From Hyalangium minutum (GTDB taxonomy: Bacteria; Myxococcota; Myxococcia; Myxococcales; Myxococcaceae): a stretch of DNA of 64,000 nt. Made by a program: the position numbers and the translations under genes. Of the stretch, positions 9,593 through 18,292 are shown piece after piece; position 1 is the first letter of the stretch; each line of letters starts with the position of its first letter. The stretch is from assembly GCF_000737315.1 (NCBI RefSeq), contig NZ_JMCB01000002.1, positions 620,001 to 684,000 on the forward strand. The letters run 5' to 3'. Below the pieces are notes generated by a model. That model searched no databases. It worked only from the letters and a program-made list of their open reading frames with translations, and was not told the origin of the DNA.

Positions 9593-11092
9593 TCAGGACG
9601 AGACCAGGGTTGCCACCATCGATTCGGTTAGCTTCGAGGCAGCTTGGTCCGCTTGGCGCAACCGGAGCTCGAGCTCGTCGCATTGCCTCGTGAGGGCTTC
9701 GAGCCTGCTCACGATGCGCCGCTGCTCGGGCAGAGAGGGAAGAGGAATGGGGGTTTCCTGCACGCGCCGGGTGTCGAGCCGGCAGGTGCCGTGGGACGAG
9801 CGCTCTACGTGTTGAAGAATGCGGGCACGTGCCGCCTTGCAGGCCCAGAGCAGGTATGGCCCTGTCTCGGGAAGGGCGGGCACCAGGCCCTTCATGTCCT
9901 GGTTGATGGTGACCTCCCGCGTGGTCAGCGCGACTGGGAATGAATGGGCGAGGATCATCCCTCGCACCACGAAGAGCAGGCTGCCCGGGGGAATGCGCCG
10001 GAGAGAGGATTGCTCGACAGCGAGCTCGGAGAGGTGGTCCTCCGTGTCGTCGAGATAGGAGCGCTTCATGTCCTTGGGACTGACCCAGGGGATGGGTCCA
10101 CTCCAGAGGGCGGTGTTGGCTTTGGAGGGAGTGCCCCCGCCCAGCAGGCCACCGAAGTGGCCCAGACGGCACCATCGCCAGGAGGAGGGGAGCGGATACG
10201 GCTCCTCCGCGGGGCTGACAGGAGGCAGGTGTGTATCCTTCACCCGGATGTTCCCTCGCATGCGCTGGCGCTCGGAGCCGAGGTGGGAGAGCAGTGTGTC
10301 CGCGCTTCCGTCATCGGGTTCTGACTTCGTGAGGATGCCCCTCAGGGCCGCGTGGAGCACGAGCTCTCTCAGGGCCTGAATGTCTTCGGGCCGCTCGAAG
10401 AGCACCTCGAAGTGGTCGAGAGCGTGTCTCCAGGCGGCGGAGAAGGCCTCGGGCTTCTGGGCCAAGACGAGCGCGTCGAGAACGGAGGAGCGGAGGCGGG
10501 CTTGAAGGGCTCGCTGCTTCGCTCTTCGAGACTCCCACTCATCGAGCCGCTGCATCAGCTCGTTGACCTTGGCGACGATGCGTCGCTGCTCCTCGCAGGG
10601 CGGGAGGCACACGGTCAGCGCATAGGCATCGTTTCGATTCAGGCCTGGGACTGCGATGGCTCGTCCCAAGCGCTCCAGCTTCAATGACCGGAGCAGCACG
10701 AACAGGAACTCCAGCTCCACCTCCGGTGGCGCCGTCACGAAATAGGCCGTGTCGATGGGCCAGCATGGCTCCGTGACGCAGTGGATGCTCCCCGCAGAAC
10801 CCTTGCGCCCGACAATGAGGCAGGGCTGGTGGACCAGCGCCTGGTCGTGACGGCCCACCACTCCGTTGGAGCCATACACGGGCACTTGGCCCGCTGGGTT
10901 GCGGGCTCTCTCGGGGAGCGCCTTGCCGTAGGTCAAGCGGATCAGCTCTCCCAACCGTGTCTTTATCCAGTGGGAGGTGTCCGAGGGCAGCAGCCGTCCT
11001 CGCACCGCCAAATCGAGGGTCAGCTCCCGGAGCTTCTCGATGTCTCCTTCCGCCTCTGCGAGGAGCTCGAAGTGCTCCAGAGCCGGCGTCAT
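9593..11092 (-). CDS. hsdS: Type I restriction-modification specificity subunit
   Basis: Two TRDs with conserved flanks (CLPPCEEQRRIVAKVNEL, PLPSLPEQRRIVSRL, LPSSWRWCRLG); LRELxLxxAxRG occurs twice. Confidence 0.92.
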   Translation of the reverse strand: MTPALEHFELLAEAEGDIEKLRELTLDLAVRGRLLPSDTSHWIKTRLGELIRLTYGKALPERARNPAGQVPVYGSNGVVGRHDQALVHQPCLIVGRKGSAGSIHCVTEPCWPIDTAYFVTAPPEVELEFLFVLLRSLKLERLGRAIAVPGLNRNDAYALTVCLPPCEEQRRIVAKVNELMQRLDEWESRRAKQRALQARLRSSVLDALVLAQKPEAFSAAWRHALDHFEVLFERPEDIQALRELVLHAALRGILTKSEPDDGSADTLLSHLGSERQRMRGNIRVKDTHLPPVSPAEEPYPLPSSWRWCRLGHFGGLLGGGTPSKANTALWSGPIPWVSPKDMKRSYLDDTEDHLSELAVEQSSLRRIPPGSLLFVVRGMILAHSFPVALTTREVTINQDMKGLVPALPETGPYLLWACKAARARILQHVERSSHGTCRLDTRRVQETPIPLPSLPEQRRIVSRLEALTRQCDELELRLRQADQAASKLTESMVATLVSS

Positions 11093-12546
11093 TGCGGCGG
11101 TCTCTCCAAGGCGTCCCGGAGCTCGTCCCGTACGGCGTTTCGGGCCCTCACGGCTTCGGCTGCCGCTTCGCGATACTGCCGTACCAACCCCTCGATATCC
11201 CCAGGTGCGTCATCCCGGGCGCGAGGATTCTTCATGTCCAGATTGTAGCCCCGTGCCTGGACCTCTCCGATGCGGACCTTCCAGGCGTGCTCGGTCTCCT
11301 GGCGATGGGTCCACCAGTGCTTCTCGGGCTCGAACTCCTCGAGGCGCAGTGGCCGCGTCTTCGAATAGCTCCTGGCTCCGGCGGGGTACGGGTGCTCGTA
11401 GAACCAGAGCTCCTGGGTGGGCTCGCCCTTCGTGAAGAAGAGCAGGTTCGTCTTGATACCCGTGTACGGATGGAAGACGCCCTTGGGCAGCCGGACGATG
11501 GTGTGGAGGTTGCACTCCCGGAGCAGCCGCTCCTTGATGCGCGCCTTCACGCCCTCGCCGAAGAGGATCCCGTCCGGTAGCACCAGTGCGGCCCGGCCTC
11601 CCTTTTTCAGCAGCGTCAGGATGAGCACCAGGAAGAGATCCGCTGTCTCCCGGCTGCGGAGCTCCGGCGGGAAGTGGGTTTCGAGCCCGTTCTCCTCGAT
11701 GCCTCCGAACGGTGGGTTCGTGAGGATGACGTCGACCTGGTCCTCAGGGCCGTAGTCTCGCAGGGGACGCGCCAGCGCGTTCCCGTGATGGATGTTCGAA
11801 GGCACTTCAATGCCGTGCAACAGCATGTTCGTCACGCACAGCACGTGAGGCAGCGGCTTCTTCTCTACCCCCAAGATGCTCGCCTGCAGCGCCGCCTCAT
11901 CCCGGGGGCTCTTCACGTCCTGGGTGCGCATGTGCTCGAGCGCACAGGTGAGAAAGCCACCCGTGCCGCACGCCGGGTCCAGCACCTTCTCTCCGAGCCT
12001 CGGGTTGACCTGGCTGATGATGAACTGCGTCACCGCTCGCGGTGTGTAGTACTCGCCTGCGTTGCCGGCGTTCTGCAGGTCCGCGAGGAGCTTCTCGTAG
12101 AGGTCCCCCAGCTCGTGCCGATCCGAGGCCCGGTGGAGATCGAGCGCGTTGAGCTTCTGGATGACCTGCCGCATCAACGTGCCCGACTTCATCGCGTTGT
12201 GGGCGTCCTCGAACACCCCTCGCACCACGGCCGCCATGGTTGCGTGCTTCCCCTTGGCTGGGAGCGCCTTCAGGGTCTTGAACAGGTCATGGTTGACGAA
12301 GTCCAGGAGCGCCTCGCCCGTGAGCCCCTCCGGGTTCTTCGCCCAGGTGCGCCACCGCAGCCGCTCCGGGATGGGAGACGTGTAGCTCGGGTTCCGCTGC
12401 TCCTGCTCCGCCTCGTGGCCGTCGAAGGCCTTCAGGAAGAGCATCCACACGAGCTGGCTGAGGCGCTGGGCGTCTCCGTCCACGCCCGCGTCCTTCCGCA
12501 TGATGTCCTGGAGGCTCTTGATAGTCGTCCCCGTCGACATGGCCAT
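11089..12546 (-). CDS. hsdM: Type I R-M N6-adenine methyltransferase (EcoAI/type IB-like)
   Basis: IKSLQDIMRKDAGVDGDAQRL, GEYYTPR, DPACGTGGFL and NPPF; 4-nt overlap with hsdS. Confidence 0.95.
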   Translation of the reverse strand: MAMSTGTTIKSLQDIMRKDAGVDGDAQRLSQLVWMLFLKAFDGHEAEQEQRNPSYTSPIPERLRWRTWAKNPEGLTGEALLDFVNHDLFKTLKALPAKGKHATMAAVVRGVFEDAHNAMKSGTLMRQVIQKLNALDLHRASDRHELGDLYEKLLADLQNAGNAGEYYTPRAVTQFIISQVNPRLGEKVLDPACGTGGFLTCALEHMRTQDVKSPRDEAALQASILGVEKKPLPHVLCVTNMLLHGIEVPSNIHHGNALARPLRDYGPEDQVDVILTNPPFGGIEENGLETHFPPELRSRETADLFLVLILTLLKKGGRAALVLPDGILFGEGVKARIKERLLRECNLHTIVRLPKGVFHPYTGIKTNLLFFTKGEPTQELWFYEHPYPAGARSYSKTRPLRLEEFEPEKHWWTHRQETEHAWKVRIGEVQARGYNLDMKNPRARDDAPGDIEGLVRQYREAAAEAVRARNAVRDELRDALERPPQ

Positions 12547-12567
12547 CCCCACCCTCGCGCGAACTCC

Positions 12568-13206
12568 TCAGGCCGCGCGGCGGCGCAGCACCGTCAGGGA
12601 TTCCTGCTCGTCGATCACCTCGAAGGTGGCATCCTTCACGATGACCTCGCTCGTGTAGCGCACGCTGCCTGCCCCCGGACGCGGGTTCTCCTTCGCGTCC
12701 CGGCTGTCATGCAGCGCCACCACGCCTCCGGGCGCCACCAGCGGGCTCCAGCCCGTCCAGTCCACCCGGAGCCCGTCGTACGTGTGGTCTCCGTCGATGA
12801 AGATGAAGTCCACCGGCGGCAGCCCCTGTGCCCGGTGGCGACGTGCGGCCTCCTCGCCCGTCGCTCGCACCCAGGTCACCCGCCCGTTGCGCACCGCGCC
12901 CACCTCCCGGTGCGCGATGAGGTACTGGAAGCTGAACCGCAGCCGGCCGGGGGGAAACGGATCCACCGCGTACAGCGTCGCGCTCGGGTCCATCACGCTG
13001 CGCAGCACCCGCGTCGTTACCCCGTGCCACACGCCGATCTCCACCAGCCGCTGCTTGCCCGCCGCGTGCTTCGCCAGGCACGCACGCTCGGCCGCGGACG
13101 TCTGCGTCTGGGCCTGCTCCAGACCGGCGAGCCAGAGGCCGAAGTGGGTGATGACGCGCATGCAGAGCTCCGTAGAGGGTTCGTGCTCGCGCCCTCCCCG
13201 GCGCAA
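12568..13206 (-). CDS. Class I SAM-dependent methyltransferase (Methyltransf_24-like); start may be ATG 13161
   Basis: LVEIGVWHG and FIFIDGDHTY...LVAPGGVVALHD. Confidence 0.82.
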   Translation of the reverse strand: MRRGGREHEPSTELCMRVITHFGLWLAGLEQAQTQTSAAERACLAKHAAGKQRLVEIGVWHGVTTRVLRSVMDPSATLYAVDPFPPGRLRFSFQYLIAHREVGAVRNGRVTWVRATGEEAARRHRAQGLPPVDFIFIDGDHTYDGLRVDWTGWSPLVAPGGVVALHDSRDAKENPRPGAGSVRYTSEVIVKDATFEVIDEQESLTVLRRRAA

Positions 13207-13336
13207 GTCCGCGTATCCCTAGCATGGTTCAGTGTGTCGGATGCGGGACGGCTGGGCTTTCTTTGTCACTCAAAGCATCCGGGGAGCCAGCCCCTCGGTG
13301 GAGGGTTCGCCGCCGGGTTCGTGTTATCCAGCACCC

Positions 13337-14479
13337 GTGTCCGGCCTGCGAGTGCTTCTCGCCATCCACCATCCGCTCGATCCGAATCTCGGTGCCCCGG
13401 GTGTCACCCTCGCATTGGGGGAGGCGCTCACCGGGCTCGGCTGCGAGGTTTCGTACTACGGCTTTGGTGAGGCCTTCCCCGGCGTCACTGCGTACTCGGC
13501 CTGGCACTCCGTGCGCTTTCCCTGGACGCTCTCCGCGTGGCTGACGCGCAATGCCGGGCGCTTCGATGTGCTCGACATCACCACGGGCGACTGTTGGCCC
13601 TGGGCCCGCCTGAGCCGCCCCGGAGCGAAGCGCCGCCATGCCCTCGTCACGCGGAGCCACGGTCTGGAGCACGTCGTCACCGAGCAGCTCCGCACAGACG
13701 CCCGCGCCGGTGCCGCGAACCTGAGCTGGAAGTATCCGCTCTACCACGGCGGCTTCCGGCTCTGGGAAGTGGGCCAGTCTCTGCGGCTCTCGGATCGTGT
13801 CGTGCTCCTCAACCCGCTGGATCGCGACTACGCGAGCGGCCACCTGGGGGTCCCCGCCGAGCACATCTGCCTCATCCCCCACGGCCTGCCCGAGCCTTTC
13901 CGAGCGCTCCCGCCTCCCGAGCTCCTCGCCGAGGGCCCGCTGCGCCTGGCCTTCGTGGGCTCTTGGATTCAGCGCAAGGGCCGCGAGGATGTCGTCGCCG
14001 TGGCTCGAGCACTGCTCGAGCAGCACGTGGCCTTTTCTCTCTCCATTCTGGGGACTGGGACCGGAGAGGCCGAGGTGCTCGCCGCTTTCCCCGCCGCCGC
14101 ACGGGAGCGCATCCGCGTGGTGCCGCGCTACCGCCACGCGGAGCTGCCCACCCTGCTCCGCGAGCACGAGGTGCTGCTCTTCCCCAGCCACGCCGAGGGC
14201 TATGGCATGTCGCTCATCGAGGCCATGGCCTGTGGGCTCGCTCCCATCGCCACGCCGGTGGGGGTGGCGCCCGAGGTCGTCCGTGAGGGCGAGTCCGGCC
14301 GGTTGCTGCCCATCGGCGATGTGCCGGGCTTCACCGCCGCCGTGCGCGCCTACGCCGAGGACCGGCAGCGGCTGCTCGAGGTCCGCCGCGCCGCGCAGAC
14401 TGCCGTACAGGGGATGACATGGAGGGACGTGGCGCTGCGGACGCTGCGTCTCTACGAGTCCGCACTCCAAGCACGGTAA
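13337..14479 (+). CDS. Glycosyltransferase family 4
   Basis: GTG start; FVGSWIQRKG and FPSHAEGYGMSLIEAMACG. Confidence 0.9.
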   Translation: MSGLRVLLAIHHPLDPNLGAPGVTLALGEALTGLGCEVSYYGFGEAFPGVTAYSAWHSVRFPWTLSAWLTRNAGRFDVLDITTGDCWPWARLSRPGAKRRHALVTRSHGLEHVVTEQLRTDARAGAANLSWKYPLYHGGFRLWEVGQSLRLSDRVVLLNPLDRDYASGHLGVPAEHICLIPHGLPEPFRALPPPELLAEGPLRLAFVGSWIQRKGREDVVAVARALLEQHVAFSLSILGTGTGEAEVLAAFPAAARERIRVVPRYRHAELPTLLREHEVLLFPSHAEGYGMSLIEAMACGLAPIATPVGVAPEVVREGESGRLLPIGDVPGFTAAVRAYAEDRQRLLEVRRAAQTAVQGMTWRDVALRTLRLYESALQAR

Positions 14480-14606
14480 CGCGGCGCGGGACGCCGTCGA
14501 GGGCCGGGGTGCAGGCGGGCAGTCTGCAGCCGAGCCCGTGAATTTCCCGGGCAAGACGTTGACGCGCCACGCCGTGCGCCGCCACCATGGCAGGTCTCGG
14601 CTCCTG

Positions 14607-16091
14607 ATGATCACCTTCCTGGTCACCTTCCTCGTCGCGCTGATGGTCTCCCTGGTGCTCACGCTCGTCGTGCGCAACCGGGCGCTGGCGTGGGGCTGGG
14701 TCGACCAAGCCAACTCCAGCCGCAAGGTGCATGTGCGCCCGATTCCCCGGCTGGGCGGCATTGCCATCGTCTCGGGCTTCTTCGCGCCCCTGTGCGCGCT
14801 CTTCTTCGTGGACTCGGGCGTGGGGTACCTGTTCCGGTGGCACCAGGAGCTCGTCTGGGGCCTGTTTACCGGCGGAGTGGCCATTGCCACGCTGGGCCTC
14901 TATGACGACCTGCAGGGAGCGGGCGCCCGGCTCAAGTTCTCCGTGCAGTTCGCCGTGGCCATCGCGCTCTACATGCTGGGCTTCCGCGTCGAGCTGATCG
15001 CCAACCCCTTCGGCGCGGCCCTCCCGCTGGGCGCCCTCAGCCTGCCGTTCACCCTGCTGTGGATTGTCGGCGTCATCAACGCCATCAACCTCATCGACGG
15101 GCTGGACGGACTGGCCGGCGGCGTCGCGTTCTTCGGCGTGGGCACCAACTTCATCCTCTCGCTGGTGCGCGGGGACGTCGTCATGTGCCTGCTGATGGCG
15201 GCGCTGGCGGGTGCCATCCTCGGCTTCCTCGTCTTCAACTTCAACCCGGCCTCCATCTTCATGGGCGACACCGGGAGCATGTTCCTGGGCTTCGTGCTCG
15301 CGGCCGTCTCGCTGAAGACGTCCACCAAGAGCGGCACCGCCGTGGCCATGCTCGTGCCCATCATGGCCCTGGGCCTGCCCATCATGGACACGCTGCTGGC
15401 GATGGTCCGGCGATCGGTGCTCGGGCGGCCCATGTTCAGCGCGGACAAGGAGCACATCCACCACCGCCTCATGAGCCGGATGGTGCTCAGCCACCGCTCG
15501 GCGGTGCTCGTGCTGTACGGGCTGTGTGCCCTGTTCACCCTCACGGCCCTGGGGCTCAACTTCGCCAACAGCGCGCAGAGCGCCATGCTGCTGGTGGGCA
15601 TGGGCATCGTCATCTTCGTGCTGATGCGCAAGCTGGGCTACCTGGACCTGCACCGCGCGAGCACCGTGGGAGAGACGCGGCGCAAGAACATCCGCCTGCG
15701 GACGCTGGTGACGGAGCTCTCCCGCGCTGTCCGCAAGGCCCAGTCGCTCCCGGAGGTGTGGGAGGCGGTGCGGCCGCTCGCCGAGGCGCTCGACGTGGCT
15801 CACCTGGAGCTTCGCCTCCAGCACCAGCGAGAGGGGCTCACCGAGGGCATCGTCTTCGAGACCCAGCGTCCCGCCGGCTCCGCCCTGCCGCTGGACGTGC
15901 ACATCGAGGTGAAGGAGGCGGAGGTGTCCCTGGGCTGGCTCCACCTCTCGTGGCGTGATGGGCGCTCGCAGGTGAGCCGGGATGAGGAGCTGGCGCTGGA
16001 GCTCGTCTCCGACGCCGTGGCCGAGCGCGCCGCGAGCCTGCTGGCCATTGCCCAGGCCGAGCCGGGCCGGGTCGTCTCCCTGAGGCGGTGA
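14607..16091 (+). CDS. WecA/MraY-family polyprenyl-phosphate HexNAc-1-phosphate transferase with a C-terminal soluble extension
   Basis: PRLGGIAI, GLYDD, NAINLIDGLDGLA, FMGDTGS and DKEHIHHRL. Start chosen at MITFLV; an alternative is 14538. Confidence 0.9.
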   Translation: MITFLVTFLVALMVSLVLTLVVRNRALAWGWVDQANSSRKVHVRPIPRLGGIAIVSGFFAPLCALFFVDSGVGYLFRWHQELVWGLFTGGVAIATLGLYDDLQGAGARLKFSVQFAVAIALYMLGFRVELIANPFGAALPLGALSLPFTLLWIVGVINAINLIDGLDGLAGGVAFFGVGTNFILSLVRGDVVMCLLMAALAGAILGFLVFNFNPASIFMGDTGSMFLGFVLAAVSLKTSTKSGTAVAMLVPIMALGLPIMDTLLAMVRRSVLGRPMFSADKEHIHHRLMSRMVLSHRSAVLVLYGLCALFTLTALGLNFANSAQSAMLLVGMGIVIFVLMRKLGYLDLHRASTVGETRRKNIRLRTLVTELSRAVRKAQSLPEVWEAVRPLAEALDVAHLELRLQHQREGLTEGIVFETQRPAGSALPLDVHIEVKEAEVSLGWLHLSWRDGRSQVSRDEELALELVSDAVAERAASLLAIAQAEPGRVVSLRR

Positions 16092-17131
16092 CGCGGGTGG
16101 GCGCGCGGGCTTTCCTGGCGCTGCTTCGCTCCTGGCCGGAGGCTCCCGACAGGCCGCCCCCCGTGGACGCGGAGGCCTTCGTTCGTGCCGCCGCGAGGCA
16201 CGGGCTCGGGGGCTTCGCGCAGCATGCGGCGGAGCGGGCAGGGTGGACATTGCCGGACGCGGCGCGTGAGGCCCTGCGCCGGGAGGCCCAGAGCAGCGCC
16301 GCGCGGGCCATCCGGGTCCACGCGCTCCTGGTGCGCTCCGTGGATGCGCTCGCCGCGGTGGGCGTGGTGCCGGTGTTGCTCAAGGGCACTGCGCTGGCGC
16401 GGCGGCTGTACCCGGAGCCGTTCCTTCGCGCGACCACGGATGTGGATCTGCTCGTGGCCAGCGGCGAGGTGGAGCGGGCCTCGCGAGCCCTGGAGGGCCT
16501 GGGGCTGAAGCGGGCGGCGGAGCGGCCTGGGCATGGCGGAGAGCACTCGCACCACCTCGAGTTCCAAGGGACGGCGGGGATGGTGGAGCTGCACCACCGG
16601 GCGCTCGTGGGGTACGGGCTGGCGCTCGAGTCCGAGCCGCTGCTCGCCCACGCCCAGGAGGCCGAGCTGGAGGGCCGCCGCGTGCGCCACCTCCGGGCCG
16701 AGGAGGAGCTGGTCTACCTGTGCTCGCATGCGAGCAACCACCTGCTGCAGCGCCTCTCGTGGCTGTTCGACGTGAAGCTGCTGCTGCGAGCGCACCCGGG
16801 GCTGCGCTGGTACCGGGTGGCGGACGTGGCGCGGGCTACGGCCTTCTCCCACCTGGCGTGGTACGCGCTGGAGGCCACGCACCGGCTGCTGGGAGCACCC
16901 ATGCCGGAGGAGGTGCTGGCCTTGATGGCTCCGCCGCGCTGGCAGCGGGTGCTGGCCCGGCGGTTCTTCTCCGAGGAGCGGCTGCTGGCGACGCGGCTCG
17001 TGACCCACAGGGCCGAGTGGGCCACCGCCAAGCTGCTCCTCGCGCCGCGCGCCGTGCCCATGGCGCGCTACGGGCTGTGGCGGCTGGGTGAGGCCGCACG
17101 GGCCCGGTGGCCGGGGGCGGCCCGGCGGTAA
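16088..17131 (+). CDS. Nucleotidyltransferase family protein (NTP_transf_5-like)
   Basis: LLKG...LYPEPFLRATTDVDLLV, VELHH and LCSHASNH...WLFDV. Confidence 0.8.
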   Translation: MTRVGARAFLALLRSWPEAPDRPPPVDAEAFVRAAARHGLGGFAQHAAERAGWTLPDAAREALRREAQSSAARAIRVHALLVRSVDALAAVGVVPVLLKGTALARRLYPEPFLRATTDVDLLVASGEVERASRALEGLGLKRAAERPGHGGEHSHHLEFQGTAGMVELHHRALVGYGLALESEPLLAHAQEAELEGRRVRHLRAEEELVYLCSHASNHLLQRLSWLFDVKLLLRAHPGLRWYRVADVARATAFSHLAWYALEATHRLLGAPMPEEVLALMAPPRWQRVLARRFFSEERLLATRLVTHRAEWATAKLLLAPRAVPMARYGLWRLGEAARARWPGAARR

Positions 17132-17219
17132 AGGCTGCTTCCGCAAGCGTGGTGGCGTGGACGGTGGTTGAAACCATGGATTGCGTCCCCGGGTGTTGAC
17201 TCGCTAAAGGAGCCCCACC

Positions 17220-18191
17220 ATGGCCCCCAGCCTGCTCGACACGTTCCGCGTCCTTTCCTCCTTCGATCCGCCCAAGGGGTCGCTGCGGGATGCGCCCTGG
17301 GAGGAGTACGTGGACTGGGCCATTGCCCAGGGGCTCGCCCCACTGGCGGCCTACAACCTGGAGTATCGGCTGGCTGGGGCGGACTCGCCCGAGTGGGCCC
17401 GGGACCGGCTGCTCTCCATCTACTCGGGTTCCGTCAACGACAACGTGATGAAGCTCGTCAACCTCAAGCAGATCGTCGACGAGCTCGAGGGCCGCAAGCT
17501 GTTGGTCATGGGCGCCGCCGCCTTCGCCGAGGCCATCTACCCTCACGTGGGCTTCCGGCCCGTGCTGGACATCCAGATGCTGGTGCGGCGCGTGGATGTG
17601 GAGGGCTTCTCCGGCTATCTCTCCCAGCACCACTTCAAGCCGGAGAAGGACGAGAGCAACAGCGGTGCCGCCCGGGTGCTGTCGGATGGGCGCACCGCCA
17701 TCTACCTCTTCGCGGACGCGCTCGGGCCGGACCGGCGCGAAGAGGTTCAGGGCATCTTCGACCGGGCCAAGCCCTGGAAGGTCTACGGCCCGTCCATCTT
17801 CCGGCCGGACCTGGAGGACATGGTGCTGCTCCTGGTCCTGGAGCACGCGCGCCAGGGCTACCAGGTGCCGTGGCTGTCCTTCGTAGACCTGCGGGAGCTG
17901 GTGACGGGCTCCACCTCCATGGGCAGTGTCTACTCCCGGCCGCTGGACATGGCGGCGCTGAAGGAGCGCGCGAAGGCGTGGCGGCTGGAGCGCGCCCTGT
18001 ACACCTCGCTGTCCATCATCGAGCGGCTCTTTCCGGAGACGGCTGCGGCCGTGGAGGCCTCCCGTCCGCCCCTGCGCCGCGCCACCCGCGAGCTGTTGAA
18101 CCGGCTCGTGGTGGAGCCCGTGAGCGTGCCGGGCAGCCACGGCGTGCTCCGAGGCGCGGACCGGCTCCGACGCCTGCTCACCGGGCAGTGA
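17220..18191 (+). CDS. Nucleotidyltransferase-like protein with a degenerate motif
   Basis: VMGAAAFAEAIYPHVGFRPVLDIQML aligns with the KG...Y...R...DxD motif of the upstream gene. Confidence 0.65.
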   Translation: MAPSLLDTFRVLSSFDPPKGSLRDAPWEEYVDWAIAQGLAPLAAYNLEYRLAGADSPEWARDRLLSIYSGSVNDNVMKLVNLKQIVDELEGRKLLVMGAAAFAEAIYPHVGFRPVLDIQMLVRRVDVEGFSGYLSQHHFKPEKDESNSGAARVLSDGRTAIYLFADALGPDRREEVQGIFDRAKPWKVYGPSIFRPDLEDMVLLLVLEHARQGYQVPWLSFVDLRELVTGSTSMGSVYSRPLDMAALKERAKAWRLERALYTSLSIIERLFPETAAAVEASRPPLRRATRELLNRLVVEPVSVPGSHGVLRGADRLRRLLTGQ

Positions 18192-18292
18192 GCCCCCGCC
18201 CGCCTCCCGGGCAGGCACGAGCGGTGTCCTCCACCTTCCCCTGACGGCCCTCTCGACGTAAGAGACAGGGGGCACCAGCCCCTGGGAGTCTC

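Noticed and set aside
9547-9596. CTGAGCTGT direct repeat and small hairpin between the GntR and hsdS stops, as a possible target-site duplication
   Set aside because: It is short and internal to the island rather than flanking it. A terminator-like structure or chance is more likely.
8142-12567. Prophage or IS origin of the hsdMS island
   Set aside because: No integrase, transposase, terminal inverted repeats or att-like direct repeats were seen.
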